Of a DNA stretch of 64,000 bases, positions 11,306 to 21,522 are shown piece by piece (positions within the stretch are counted from its first letter, which is position 1; each line of letters starts with the position of its first letter). The notes beneath the pieces were generated by a model that was not told the DNA's origin, searched no databases, and worked only from the letters and a program-made list of their open reading frames with translations. The stretch is from Anaeromyxobacteraceae bacterium. Its GTDB lineage: Bacteria > Myxococcota > Myxococcia > Myxococcales > Anaeromyxobacteraceae. A program made the translations under genes and the position numbers. The stretch spans positions 192,001-256,000 of the forward strand of contig JAULAX010000010.1 of assembly GCA_032654565.1 (NCBI GenBank). Reading direction: 5' to 3'.

Positions 11306-12591
11306 CGCTGTCGACGGAGAAGTCGGTGGAGCGGGTGGAGCGGGCGCTCGGGTACATCCGCGCCGGCAAGCAGGTCATCATGGTCGACGACGAGGACCGT
11401 GAGAACGAGGGCGACCTGTGCATGGCGGCCGAGCTGGTGACGCCGGCGGCGGTCAACTTCATGGCCACACACGGCCGCGGCCTGATCTGCCTGTCGCTCA
11501 CCGAGGAGAAGGTGGCCCGCCTGCGGCTGCCGCTGATGGTCGACGAGGGCTCCAACACCTCCTCCTTCGGGACCGCCTTCACCATCTCCATCGAGGCCAA
11601 GAAGGGCGTCACCACCGGCATCAGCGCCAAGGACCGGGCCCACACCATCCTCACCGCGGTGCGCGACGACTGCCGGCCCGAGGACCTGGCCCGGCCCGGC
11701 CACGTCTTCCCGCTGCGGGCCCGGCGCGGCGGAGTGCTGGTGCGCGCCGGCCAGACCGAGGGCTCGGTCGACCTCTCCCGGCTGGCCGGGCTCCGGCCGG
11801 CCGGGGTCATCTGCGAGGTGATGAACGACGACGGCACCATGGCCCGGCGCCCCGAGCTGGAGGTGCTGTCGAAGGCCCACGACCTCCCCATCGTCTCGGT
11901 GGCCGACCTGATCGCCTACCGGATGCTCAAGGACGCCCTGGTCCACCGCGCCGCCGAGGCGCCGCTCCCCACCACCCGGGGCGGCTTCACCGCGGTGGCC
12001 TACGAGAACGACGTCGACAAGTTCCAGCACGTGGCCCTGGTGAAGGGCAAGTGGAAGCCCAGCGAGCCGGTGCTGGTCCGCGTCCACTCGAAGTGCCTGA
12101 CCGGCGACGTCTTCGGCTCGGAGCGCTGCGACTGCGGGCCGCAGCTGCACGCCGCCCTCGCCCAGATCGAGGCGGCCGGGAAGGGCGTGCTGCTCTACCT
12201 CGACCAGGAGGGGCGCGGCATCGGCCTGGTCAACAAGCTCAAGGCCTACATCCTCCAGGACCAGGGGCTGGACACCGCCGAGGCCAACCTCAAGCTCGGC
12301 TTCAAGCCGGACCTGCGCGACTACGGCCTGGGGGCCCAGATCCTGCGCGACCTCGGCGTCCGCAAGATGAGGCTGCTCACCAACAACCCCAAGAAGATCG
12401 TCGGCCTCGAGGGCTACGGCCTCGAGGTGGTGGCGCGGGTCCCGCTGGAGATGGCGCCGACCCGCAGGAACCAGGCCTACCTCGCCACCAAGCGGGACAA
12501 GATGGGCCACCTGCTCACGCTCAAGCCGGCGCCCCGCGCGCGGCGCACCGCTGGTCCGGCCGCGGCCGGCCGCAAAGGAAGGAAGCCATGA
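11302..12591 (+). CDS. ribBA: bifunctional DHBP synthase / GTP cyclohydrolase II
   Basis: [51 protein letters not shown]. Confidence 0.97.
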   Translation: MTLSTEKSVERVERALGYIRAGKQVIMVDDEDRENEGDLCMAAELVTPAAVNFMATHGRGLICLSLTEEKVARLRLPLMVDEGSNTSSFGTAFTISIEAKKGVTTGISAKDRAHTILTAVRDDCRPEDLARPGHVFPLRARRGGVLVRAGQTEGSVDLSRLAGLRPAGVICEVMNDDGTMARRPELEVLSKAHDLPIVSVADLIAYRMLKDALVHRAAEAPLPTTRGGFTAVAYENDVDKFQHVALVKGKWKPSEPVLVRVHSKCLTGDVFGSERCDCGPQLHAALAQIEAAGKGVLLYLDQEGRGIGLVNKLKAYILQDQGLDTAEANLKLGFKPDLRDYGLGAQILRDLGVRKMRLLTNNPKKIVGLEGYGLEVVARVPLEMAPTRRNQAYLATKRDKMGHLLTLKPAPRARRTAGPAAAGRKGRKP

Positions 12592-13079
12592 ACGTCTACG
12601 AGGGCTCGCTGATCGCCACCGGCCTCAAGGTGGCCCTGGTGGTCTCGCGCTTCAACTCGCTGATCACCGAGCAGCTGCTGTCCGGGGCCGCCGACACCCT
12701 GCGGCGCCACGGCGTCGACGACGGCGACCTCGACGTCTTCCGCTGCCCGGGGACCTTCGAGCTCCCGGCGCTGCTGAAGCGGGTGGTGGCCAGCGGCCGC
12801 CACGACGCCGTCATCGCCCTCGGCGCCGTCATCCGCGGAGGCACCCCCCACTTCGAGTTCGTGGCCGGCGAGGCCACCAAGGGCGTGGCCCAGGTGGCCA
12901 TGGAGGCCGGCTGCGCCGTCACCATGGGGGTGCTCACCTGCGACACCATGGAGCAGGCGCTGGAGCGGGCCGGGGTCAAGGCCGGGAACAAGGGGGCCGA
13001 GGCGGCCATGGCCGCCATCGAGCAGGCCCAGGTCCTCAAGCTGGCCGGCGGGAAGCGCGGCAAGGCGGGGCGCGGATGA
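12588..13079 (+). CDS. ribH: 6,7-dimethyl-8-ribityllumazine synthase
   Basis: [34 protein letters not shown]. Corresponds to the 3' part of track ORF 11418..13079. Confidence 0.96.
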   Translation: MNVYEGSLIATGLKVALVVSRFNSLITEQLLSGAADTLRRHGVDDGDLDVFRCPGTFELPALLKRVVASGRHDAVIALGAVIRGGTPHFEFVAGEATKGVAQVAMEAGCAVTMGVLTCDTMEQALERAGVKAGNKGAEAAMAAIEQAQVLKLAGGKRGKAGRG

Positions 13080-13504
13080 CCGGCCGCCGCACCAAGGCGC
13101 GTGAGCGGGCCCTGCAGGCGCTCTACCAGATCGACGTGGCCGCGGCCGGGATCGAGGACGCCCTGGCCAGCTTCTGGAAGAGCTTCGAGCCGACCGAGCG
13201 CGAGGTGCAGCAGCTGGCCGAGCAGCTGGTCCGCGGCGTGGCCGTCGACCGGCGCCAGGTCGACGACCTCATCGAGGGGGTCTCCACCAACTGGCGGCTC
13301 GACCGGATGGCCAAGGTGGACCGCAACGTGCTCCGCCTGGCCACCTGGGAGCTGCTCAAGAGCGACGCGCCGGTCAAGGTGGTCATCAACGAGGCCATCG
13401 AGCTGGGCAAGAAGTACGGCTCGGAGCAGAGCGGCGCCTTCGTCAATGGCGTGCTCGACAAGATCGCCCAGGGGCTCCCGGCGGCGCGGCGCGGCGAGGG
13501 GTAG
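13076..13504 (+). CDS. nusB: transcription antitermination factor NusB
   Basis: [42 protein letters not shown]. Confidence 0.96.
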   Translation: MTGRRTKARERALQALYQIDVAAAGIEDALASFWKSFEPTEREVQQLAEQLVRGVAVDRRQVDDLIEGVSTNWRLDRMAKVDRNVLRLATWELLKSDAPVKVVINEAIELGKKYGSEQSGAFVNGVLDKIAQGLPAARRGEG

Positions 13505-13513
13505 GGAGAGCTG

Positions 13514-14053
13514 ATGCGCCGCATCGAGGTGGCCGAGCTCTCGCTGGCGACGCTGGACGCGCTCGACGTCGACGCCCTGGCCCTGCTGATCGGCGCGGAG
13601 CGGCCGCTGCAGGGGTGGGCCGGGCTGGTGGACTGGCGGCTGGCCGGCGCGCTGACCCGGGCGCTGGCCGGCGGGATCTACGCCGCCGGGCCCGGTGAGG
13701 CGCTGCTGCTGCCCACCGCGGGGCGGCTGGCGGTGGGCCGGGTGGTGGCGGTCGGCCTGCCCGCGGGGGGCGGCGAGGTCGGCCTGGCGGAGGCGGCCGG
13801 CCGGCTCTGCGAGGTGGTGGCCCGGGCCGGGGCGGCCTCGTTCGCGACCGCGGCCCTGCCGGTGGAGGGCGCCGGCGTCGCCGCGGCCTGCCGGGCCTGG
13901 CTGCTGGCCGCCGCCGCGGTGCCGGGCGACCGGCTGGTGCTGCTCGGTGACACCCGGGCGCTCTCCGCCGAGCTGGTGGCCGCCCGCATCGAGGCGCACA
14001 GCGAGATCGAGGTGGCGCCTTTCTCGGTCCTCCCCGCGGCGATGGTACGATGA
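13514..14053 (+). CDS. hypothetical protein resembling the stand-alone N-terminal domain of M17 leucyl aminopeptidases
   Basis: ERPLQGWAGLVDWRLAG.L...GEALL...RVVAVGL pattern. No M17 catalytic domain. Family recalled, not searched. Confidence 0.55.
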   Translation: MRRIEVAELSLATLDALDVDALALLIGAERPLQGWAGLVDWRLAGALTRALAGGIYAAGPGEALLLPTAGRLAVGRVVAVGLPAGGGEVGLAEAAGRLCEVVARAGAASFATAALPVEGAGVAAACRAWLLAAAAVPGDRLVLLGDTRALSAELVAARIEAHSEIEVAPFSVLPAAMVR

Positions 14054-14084
14054 TGGGAGCGGCGCCGCTGCGCCGCCCCCGCCC

Positions 14085-16211
14085 ATGGCCGACCGATCGC
14101 AGAAGGCGCTCTCCGACTTCGTCTCCGAGGCCCAGGAGACCATCGACGCGCTGGCCAAGGGGCTGATGCGGCTGGAGGGGGCGGGCGCCGATCCCGACCC
14201 CGAGGTGCTCAACTCGGTCTTCCGCGCCGCCCACTCGCTCAAGGGGCTGGCCTCGATGTTCGGCGTGGAGCGGCTCTCGCGCCTGGCCCACGCCCTCGAG
14301 GACGCCCTCGACGACCTGCGCATGGGGCGCCGTCCCCTCGACGCCGGCGCCCTCGACCTGCTGCTGGAGGCGCCCGAGGTCTTCTCGCGGATCATCTCCG
14401 AGGAGGCGTCCGGGGCGCCGCAGGCCAGCCACGACGCCGCCGCCGGGCTCACCGAGCGGCTCCGTGCCGCCGAGCAGGAGGCGGCGGCCCCCGGCGACGA
14501 TCCCCTGGCCACCGTGGCGCTCGGCCCGGAGATCCGCCGGCTCCTCACCGAGTACGAGGAGCACCGGCTGAGCTCGGCCCTGCGCAAGGGGCTGGCCATC
14601 TACCGGATCCGCGTGGCCTTCGAGCTGGCCTCCTTCGACGAGCAGCTGGCCTCGCTGTCCGGGCGGCTCAAGGAGCTGGGCGAGGTGGTCTCGACGCTCC
14701 CCTCCTCGGACATGAAGGACCCCACCACCATCGCCTTCGAGCTGCTGCTGGCCACCGCGGCGCCGCGCGCCAACGTGGTGCTCGAGGCCGGCCCCCACGC
14801 CGCCGTCGATCCGGTGGCGGTGGTGGCCGCCGGCGCCCCGGGCTCGGCCGACCACCGGCCCCGCCCGGCCAAGCGGGCGCCGCTGCCGCGTCCCCCCGAG
14901 CTGGACGCGCTCCCCGACGGGGCCGACGCCCCCGGCGGCGCGCTGGCCCGCTCCCCGGCCCCCGAGCCGCTGGTGGAGGCCGACACCGGCTCGCTGCGCT
15001 CGGCGTCGCAGGCGGTGCGGGTCGACATCCGCAAGCTCGACCGGCTCATGAACGTGGTGGGCGAGCTGGTGCTGGTGAAGAGCTCGCTGCAGTCCCTGGC
15101 CGAGCGCTTCAAGGGGGAGGGGATCGAGCCGGGGCTGGCCGCCGAGCTGCGCCAGGTGAGCCGGGCGCTGGAGCGGCGGCTGGCCGAGCTGCAGAGCGGA
15201 ATCCTCGAGGTCCGCATGGTCCCGCTCGACCAGGTGTTCGACAAGCTCACCCGCATGGTGCGCAAGCTGGGCCGGGAGGTGGGCAAGGAGGTCGAGCTGG
15301 AGATCTCCGGCGGGGAGGTGGAGCTCGACAAGCTGATCGTCGAGGACCTGGCCGACCCGCTCATGCACCTGATCCGCAACGCCATCGACCACGCCATCGA
15401 GACCCCCGAGGTGCGGGAGCGCAAGGGCAAGCCGCGGGCCGGGCGCATCACCCTGGCGGCGCTGCAGCGAGGGCACCACGTGCAGCTCACCGTGGCCGAC
15501 GACGGCAGCGGCATCGACGAGGAGCGCATCCGCGAGGTGGCGGTGTCCCGCGGGCTGGCCACCGCCGAGTCGGTCAAGGGGCTGTCGCGCCGCGAGGTGA
15601 TGAACCTGATCTTCGTCCCCGGCTTCTCCACGGCGCGCCAGGTCACCAGCCTCTCCGGCCGCGGCGTCGGCATGGACGTGGTCAAGAACAACATCGCCGC
15701 GCTCTCCGGGATCATCGACCTGCAGTCCGAGCGAGGGGCCGGCACCCGCTTCGAGATCACCCTCCCGGTGACCCTGGCCATCATCCGGGCCCTGGTGGTC
15801 AAGGCCTCGGGGCGCACCTACGCAGTGCCGCTCAACAGCGTGCTGGAGATCCTCGAGGTGCGCGCCGCCGAGATCCGCAGCGTCTCGGCCCGGGAGGCCA
15901 TCACCCTGCGCGGGGCCACCCTGCCGCTCATCCGCCTCAGCCGCTTCTTCGCGGCCGGCGACCAGCCGCCGCCGGAGCCGCTCTTCGTGGTGGTCACCGG
16001 GCTGGCCCAGGAGCGGCTCGGCCTGGCCGTGGACGAGCTGATGGGCCAGCAGGACATCGTGGTCAAGCCCCTGGGGAGCCTGCTGGCGGGGGTCCGCGGC
16101 ATCGCCGGCGCCACCGACCTGGGGCAGCGGACCACGGTGCTGGTGCTCGACGTGGGGGCCATCATCGAGGACGTGGTCGGCGGCGAGGCCCCGGCCGAGG
16201 CGACCGGGTAG
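14085..16211 (+). CDS. cheA: chemosensory histidine kinase CheA
   Basis: Hpt FRAAHSLKG, dimerisation VRVDIRKLD.LMN.VGEL, HLIRNAIDH, DDGSG, PGFST, SGRGVGMDVV, C-terminal CheW domain. Confidence 0.96.
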   Translation: MADRSQKALSDFVSEAQETIDALAKGLMRLEGAGADPDPEVLNSVFRAAHSLKGLASMFGVERLSRLAHALEDALDDLRMGRRPLDAGALDLLLEAPEVFSRIISEEASGAPQASHDAAAGLTERLRAAEQEAAAPGDDPLATVALGPEIRRLLTEYEEHRLSSALRKGLAIYRIRVAFELASFDEQLASLSGRLKELGEVVSTLPSSDMKDPTTIAFELLLATAAPRANVVLEAGPHAAVDPVAVVAAGAPGSADHRPRPAKRAPLPRPPELDALPDGADAPGGALARSPAPEPLVEADTGSLRSASQAVRVDIRKLDRLMNVVGELVLVKSSLQSLAERFKGEGIEPGLAAELRQVSRALERRLAELQSGILEVRMVPLDQVFDKLTRMVRKLGREVGKEVELEISGGEVELDKLIVEDLADPLMHLIRNAIDHAIETPEVRERKGKPRAGRITLAALQRGHHVQLTVADDGSGIDEERIREVAVSRGLATAESVKGLSRREVMNLIFVPGFSTARQVTSLSGRGVGMDVVKNNIAALSGIIDLQSERGAGTRFEITLPVTLAIIRALVVKASGRTYAVPLNSVLEILEVRAAEIRSVSAREAITLRGATLPLIRLSRFFAAGDQPPPEPLFVVVTGLAQERLGLAVDELMGQQDIVVKPLGSLLAGVRGIAGATDLGQRTTVLVLDVGAIIEDVVGGEAPAEATG

Positions 16212-16220
16212 GGGCTCGCC

Positions 16221-17045
16221 ATGTACCTCGAGCACTTCGGGCTGCGCCAGCGCCCCTTCTCCAAGACCCCCGACCCGGCCTTCCTCTACCTGTCGCGGCA
16301 GCACGCCGAGGCGCTGGCCCGCCTCTCCCACGCCGTCGAGGAGCGGGAGATCGCCGTGCTCACCGGCGAGATCGGGGTCGGCAAGACCACCCTGTCGCGG
16401 GCGCTGGTGGACGAGTTCGCCGAGCGCTGCCGCTTCAGCTTCGTCATCAACCCGGCCCTCCCGGCCGCCCAGCTGCTCTCCTCGATCGCCGAGGGCTTCG
16501 GCCTGCCAGCGGCCGGCAAGAAGAGCGAGACATGGTCGGCGCTGGCCAGCCACCTCGAGACCCTCGACGAGGCCGGCCAGTTCCCGGTGGTGGTGATCGA
16601 CGAGGCCCAGCTGCTGTCGGGGCGGGCCGCCTGGGACGAGCTGCGGCTCCTCACCAACCTGGCCGCCGACGATCGGCCGCTGGTCGGGCTCCTGCTCATC
16701 GGACAGCCGGAGCTGCGCGAGCGGCTCCGGGCCCACGGCGGCGAGCCGTTCGCCCAGCGGGTCGGCGTCGCCTACCACGTCGGCGCGCTCGACCAGGAGG
16801 AGGTGGGGCGCTACCTGGCCCACCGGCTGGAGGTGGCGGGCCGGACCGCGCCGCTCTTCACCGCCGACGGCGTGGCGGCGCTCCACCGCCGCTCCGGCGG
16901 CCTGCCGCGCCGGGTCAACCAGCTGGCGTCGACCGCGCTGCTGGAGGGCTTCGTGCGGGAGGTCACCCGCATCGACGCCGCGGTGGTCGAGGCGGTGGCC
17001 GAGGACCTGCGGGCCCACTTGGGAAGCCTGGGGGCGGCGGAGTAG
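16221..17045 (+). CDS. ExeA/GspA-like AAA ATPase (cytoplasmic domain only)
   Basis: MYLEHFGL...PFS.TPDP.FLY, Walker A GEIGVGKTT, Walker B VIDEAQ, LIGQPEL, GGLPRRVN. Confidence 0.88.
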   Translation: MYLEHFGLRQRPFSKTPDPAFLYLSRQHAEALARLSHAVEEREIAVLTGEIGVGKTTLSRALVDEFAERCRFSFVINPALPAAQLLSSIAEGFGLPAAGKKSETWSALASHLETLDEAGQFPVVVIDEAQLLSGRAAWDELRLLTNLAADDRPLVGLLLIGQPELRERLRAHGGEPFAQRVGVAYHVGALDQEEVGRYLAHRLEVAGRTAPLFTADGVAALHRRSGGLPRRVNQLASTALLEGFVREVTRIDAAVVEAVAEDLRAHLGSLGAAE

Positions 17046-17060
17046 CATCCGACCCGGGCC

Positions 17061-18005
17061 ATGGACTTCCTGGAGATCCGGCGCAAGGCGAAGGAGCGGG
17101 CGGCGCGGGCCGCGCGGGCGGCGACGCCAGCGCCGCCGGCCGAGCCGCCGGCCGAGCCGCCGGTCACCGACCACCCCGCCGAGGCGGCCCCGGAGAGCCG
17201 GATCGAGCCGGCGCCGCGTCGGGCGCCGGCCCGCCCGCCGCTCCCCAACCGGCCGCCCTCGGTCAGCCCCGAGGAGCTGCGCGCCGAGGCCGAGCTGGGC
17301 AGCCGGGTGGCGGCGCTCCCGGCGGCGGCCGACTCCCGCTTCGTCACCTGGCGACCCGACGGCGGTGGCCTCCCCGACCTGGCGGCCATCGAGCCGCTGC
17401 AGGGCGAGGAGCTGTCCCCGCCCCCGGTGGCCGAGCCGGCCTGGGCGCTGGCCCCGGTGGCGCCCCTCGACGACTTCTTCTTCGACGAGGCCGAGGCGGC
17501 GCCGGGGGCCGGGCTGCTGCAGCTGCCGGGCGCGGCCGGGCTGGTGGCGCCGGAGGTGCTGGAGGAGTACCTGATCTTCCGCCTGGCCGGCGAGGCCTAC
17601 GCCGTCGAGATCGGGCGGGTGCTGGAGGTGTTGCGGACGCCGTCGATCACCGAGGTGCCCAGGGCCCCCGCCGACGTCTCCGGCGTCATCTCGGTGCGCG
17701 GCGAGGTGGTCACCGTGGTGGATCCGCGGGGCCGCCTCGGGCTGCCCCGCACCGACGGGCCGCCGGCCCGGCGGGTGGTGATCGTCGACGACGGCGAGGG
17801 GGCGTGCGGCCTGCTGGTCGACCGCGTCCTGGGCGTGGTCCGGCTGCCCCGCGGCGGCCTGGAGCCCTGCCCGCAGGCCCTGGGCGGGGCCGGCGGCGAC
17901 CTGTTCCTGGGGATCGGGCGGGAGCGGGAGCGGCTCTTCCTGGTGCTCGACACCCGGGCCCTGCTCCGGCCGCTGCGCCGGTCGGCCGAGGCGAGGCCGG
18001 CATGA
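17061..18005 (+). CDS. cheW: CheW protein with Pro-rich N-terminal extension
   Basis: YLIFRLAGEAYAV...VLEV..ITEVP, GVISVRGEVVTVVD, GLLVDRV. Confidence 0.9.
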   Translation: MDFLEIRRKAKERAARAARAATPAPPAEPPAEPPVTDHPAEAAPESRIEPAPRRAPARPPLPNRPPSVSPEELRAEAELGSRVAALPAAADSRFVTWRPDGGGLPDLAAIEPLQGEELSPPPVAEPAWALAPVAPLDDFFFDEAEAAPGAGLLQLPGAAGLVAPEVLEEYLIFRLAGEAYAVEIGRVLEVLRTPSITEVPRAPADVSGVISVRGEVVTVVDPRGRLGLPRTDGPPARRVVIVDDGEGACGLLVDRVLGVVRLPRGGLEPCPQALGGAGGDLFLGIGRERERLFLVLDTRALLRPLRRSAEARPA

Positions 18006-18559
18006 TCGGGCCCCACGGGGAGGCGGCGACGGCCGGCGGCGGGAGCGCCGAGGTGCAGCTCTGCACCTTCCGGGTCTCGGGCGAGGACTTCGCCATCGAC
18101 ATCATGCGCGTCCGGGAGGTCATCCCGCCGGCGCCGCTCACCTCCGTGCCGGAGGCGCCGCGCCACCTCGCCGGGGTCTTCCGGCTGCGCGGCGAGGTGG
18201 TCCCGGTGGTGGACCTCTGCCAGCGACTCGGCCTGCGCCCCACCGAGCCCACCCGGCGGTCCAAGTACGTGGTGGTCAAGGTGGCCGGTCGGCTGCTGGG
18301 GCTCATGGTGGACGAGGTCTGCGAGGTGCTGCGGCTGCCCCGCGAGGAGCTCCGGCCGGCCCCCCCCGCCATCGACGCCACCGGGCTCCGTCTCTTCCTC
18401 GGCGTCTGCGACGGGGAGCGCGGCCCGGCCCGGGGCGGGCGGCGCGGCGGGGCCGGGCGGCTCCGGCTGCTGCTCAACGTCAAGGCCCTGCTCGACCCGG
18501 CCGGCGCCGACGACGGCGCGGCGGCCCGGGCGCTGCTGGCGGCGACGAGGGACGGATGA
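18002..18559 (+). CDS. cheW: CheW protein
   Basis: FRVSGEDFAIDIMRVREVI, GVFRLRGEVVPVVDL, GLMVDEV. Corresponds to the 3' part of track ORF 16532..18559. Confidence 0.88.
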   Translation: MIGPHGEAATAGGGSAEVQLCTFRVSGEDFAIDIMRVREVIPPAPLTSVPEAPRHLAGVFRLRGEVVPVVDLCQRLGLRPTEPTRRSKYVVVKVAGRLLGLMVDEVCEVLRLPREELRPAPPAIDATGLRLFLGVCDGERGPARGGRRGGAGRLRLLLNVKALLDPAGADDGAAARALLAATRDG

Positions 18560-20661
18560 CCCGCGAGAGCACGCCGCTGGGGCGGGCGCACCACCCCGAC
18601 GAGGAGACCCGCTACCGGGCGGTCCTGGAGCTGGACGGCGCCCGGGAGCCCGAGCTGGCGGAGCTGCTGGCCCGGCTCTCCGACGCCAGCTGGCGGGTCC
18701 GCGCCGCCGCCGTGGAGCGGATCGGCGCCCTGGCCGATCCGGGGGGCGCCATCCCCAGGCTCATCGAGCTGCTCGACGACGCCGCGTCCATCGCCGGCCG
18801 GGCCGCGGCCGAGTCGGCGCTGGCCAGCTTCGGCGCCGTGGCCCTGCCGGCCATCTTGGTGCGGCTGGCCTCGGCGCGCGGCGATCGGCGGCTCTCGGCG
18901 GTGGCGGCGGTCGGTGCCATCGGCAGCCGCCGCGCCGTCCCGGCCCTGGTGGCCTGCCTCGCCGAGCCGGATCCGGCCCTGCGCGCCGCCGCCGCCGAGG
19001 GGCTGGGGAAGCTGGGCGGGCCGGAGGCGGTGGGGGCGCTGGTGGCCGCCCTCGACTCCGACGACGTCACCTTGCGGGCCACCGCCCTCGACGCCCTCGG
19101 GGCCCAGCGGGTCTCGCCGCCGGCGGCGCGGGTGGCGGCGCTGATGACCGAGCCGGCGCTGCGCCCCGGGGCCTACCGGGCGCTGGCGGCGAGCGACGAG
19201 CCGGCGGCGCTGGCGCTGCTGGGGCAGGGGCTGGCCGAGCCGGGGCGCTCGGCGCGGCTGGCGGCCCTGGCGGCCATCGGGGCCCAGCGTGCCCGGCGCC
19301 CGGTGGCGGCGCTGGCCCCGCTGGAGCGCGAGGTGCGCCGGGTCGGCGCCGGGTCGACGGCGGTGGCCGACGCCTGCGTGGCGGCGCTCGAGTCGAGCGA
19401 GCCGCAGGTGGCCGAGGGGGCCCTGCTGGTGCTGGGCTGGATCGGCGAGGTCGACCACGCCCCGGCGGTGGCCCGGCGGGCGGCCGACGACCGGCTCCGT
19501 CCGCTGGTGGAGCAGGCGCTGGAGTCGCTCCCGGGCGGCGCCGGGCTGGTGGCGGCGCTCGGCCAGGTGCTGGTGGAGCTGTCGCCGGTGGCCCGGGTGG
19601 CCGCCTTCGCCGCCATGGCCCGGGCCGGCGAGGCGTCGGCGCTCCAGGCGCTGCTGGAGAGGGCCGCCGACCCGGATCCGCTGGTGCAGGTCGAGGCCAT
19701 CGGGGCGCTGGGGCGGCTGGGCCTGCCGGCCGGCGCCACGGTGCTGGGTGGGCTGCTCGACGACGGGGCGCCGGCGCTGGCCGGGCTGGCCGCCGACGCG
19801 CTCATCGGGATCGGGCGGCGCTCCGAGGCCGGCCGGCGCGTGGTGCTCCTGGAGTGCCGGGCCCGCGCCGCCGCCGGGGGCTCGGCGGCGCTCTTCCGCG
19901 TGCTGGGGGCCTGCGGCGAGGGGGAGGACCTGCGGCTGGTGCGGACCGGGCTGGGCGCCGGCGCCGTGGAGCGGCGGGTGGCGGCGGCGGCCGCGGTGGC
20001 GGCGCTGGGGAAGCGACGGCTGCTGCGAGGCGAGCACGTCGCCGAGCTGATCGCGGCGCTCTCGGATCCGGCCTGGCCGGCCCGGGTGGCGGCGGCCCGG
20101 GCCTTCGCCGAGCTGGCCGAGGCCAACTTCGAGGCCCGGCTGGGAGACCCGGAGCAGGGCGAGCACCCGCTCTGCGCGCCGGCCATGAAGGGCCTGCGCG
20201 GGGCGCTCGAGGACCCCGAGGCGCCGGTGCGCGCGGCCGCGGCCGAGGCGCTCGGGGCCTGCGGACGTCCCGAGCACCGACCCGCCATCGTGGCGCTGGC
20301 CGAAGATGGCTCCGCCCCGGCCCTGGTGGTGGTGGCGGCGCTGCGGGCGCTGGCCCTGCTGGGACCGCCCGACGCCGCCCTGCTGCGGGCGCTGCTGGGC
20401 CACCCCGACGCCGAGGTGGCCAAGGCGGTGGTGGCCGCGTCCGCCCGCGTACCGGGGGAGCCGGGACGCCAGCTGCTGCGCCTCGCCCTCTCCGGCGGGC
20501 GCTGGGACGTGCGGCTGGCGGTGGCCGGGGCCATCGTCGAGCGCCGCGACCCGGGCCTGCGGGACGAGGCGGCGCGGGCCGCCGCGGCCGAGCCGGATCC
20601 GCTGGTGGCCCGGGCCCTGGCCGACGCGGCGCTGGGGCTGGCGGGGGGGCGCCGACCCTGA
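18556..20661 (+). CDS. HEAT/PBS-lyase repeat protein
   Basis: Repeated L.D....VRAAAA.ALG units across 701 aa. Confidence 0.88.
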   Translation: MTRESTPLGRAHHPDEETRYRAVLELDGAREPELAELLARLSDASWRVRAAAVERIGALADPGGAIPRLIELLDDAASIAGRAAAESALASFGAVALPAILVRLASARGDRRLSAVAAVGAIGSRRAVPALVACLAEPDPALRAAAAEGLGKLGGPEAVGALVAALDSDDVTLRATALDALGAQRVSPPAARVAALMTEPALRPGAYRALAASDEPAALALLGQGLAEPGRSARLAALAAIGAQRARRPVAALAPLEREVRRVGAGSTAVADACVAALESSEPQVAEGALLVLGWIGEVDHAPAVARRAADDRLRPLVEQALESLPGGAGLVAALGQVLVELSPVARVAAFAAMARAGEASALQALLERAADPDPLVQVEAIGALGRLGLPAGATVLGGLLDDGAPALAGLAADALIGIGRRSEAGRRVVLLECRARAAAGGSAALFRVLGACGEGEDLRLVRTGLGAGAVERRVAAAAAVAALGKRRLLRGEHVAELIAALSDPAWPARVAAARAFAELAEANFEARLGDPEQGEHPLCAPAMKGLRGALEDPEAPVRAAAAEALGACGRPEHRPAIVALAEDGSAPALVVVAALRALALLGPPDAALLRALLGHPDAEVAKAVVAASARVPGEPGRQLLRLALSGGRWDVRLAVAGAIVERRDPGLRDEAARAAAAEPDPLVARALADAALGLAGGRRP

Positions 20662-21522
20662 ATGGACGCCGTCGCACGACGCCCGGTCCTGGTCGAGGCC
20701 ACCTTCCGCCTCCTGCGCGAGCAGTTCCACGATCGCTTCGGACTCTGGTTCCACGACGACCTGCGCTTCCTGCTGGAGCTGCGGCTCGGCCCGCGCCTGG
20801 CCCTGCACGGCCTGCCCGACTTCGACGCCTACCAGCGCTTCCTGCGGCTCGATCCGCGAGGCCCCGCCGAGCTGCTCGACGCCGTCGAGGTGCTCACCAC
20901 CAACGAGACCTACTTCTACCGGGAGCCGGAGCAGCTGCGCGCCCTGGAGCGGGACATCCTCCCATCGCTGGCCCGGGAGCGGGGCGGTGAGCGGCGGCTG
21001 CGGCTGCTCTCGGCCGGCTGCTCCACCGGCGAGGAGGCCTACACGCTGGCCGCGCTCCTGCTGGGCGCCGGGCGCTTCGACGGCTGGGAGCTGGAGGTGC
21101 GGGGCGTCGACCTCTCCCGGCGCTGCCTGGCCCGGGCCGAGGCCGGCGCCTACGGCGACCAGGCCTTCCGCAGCACCGAGGGGCAGGCGCTGCGGCGCTG
21201 GTTCCACCTCCAGGACGGGCGCTGGGTGGTGGACGAGGCGCTGCGGCGGCTGGTGCACCTCGGCCCCGCCAACCTGCTCGACGGCGTGGGGCTGCCGCCG
21301 GGCCCCTTCGACGTCATCCTCTGCCGCAACGTGCTGCTCTACTTCGACCCGCCGGCGCGGCGGCGGGTGCTGCGCCACCTCCACGCCCGCCTCGGCGAGG
21401 GCGGCTGGCTGCTGCTGGGCCACGCCGAGTCGCTGCTGCAGCTGAGCGCCGACTTCGAGCTGGTCCGCCTGGAGCGGGAGCTGGTCTTCCGCAAGCCGCG
21501 CGCCGCCGCGGGGGCCCCGTGA
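20662..21522 (+). CDS. cheR: CheR-family methyltransferase
   Basis: LTTNETYFYRE, SAGCSTGEEAY, FDVILCRNVLLYF, LGHAESL. Confidence 0.94.
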   Translation: MDAVARRPVLVEATFRLLREQFHDRFGLWFHDDLRFLLELRLGPRLALHGLPDFDAYQRFLRLDPRGPAELLDAVEVLTTNETYFYREPEQLRALERDILPSLARERGGERRLRLLSAGCSTGEEAYTLAALLLGAGRFDGWELEVRGVDLSRRCLARAEAGAYGDQAFRSTEGQALRRWFHLQDGRWVVDEALRRLVHLGPANLLDGVGLPPGPFDVILCRNVLLYFDPPARRRVLRHLHARLGEGGWLLLGHAESLLQLSADFELVRLERELVFRKPRAAAGAP

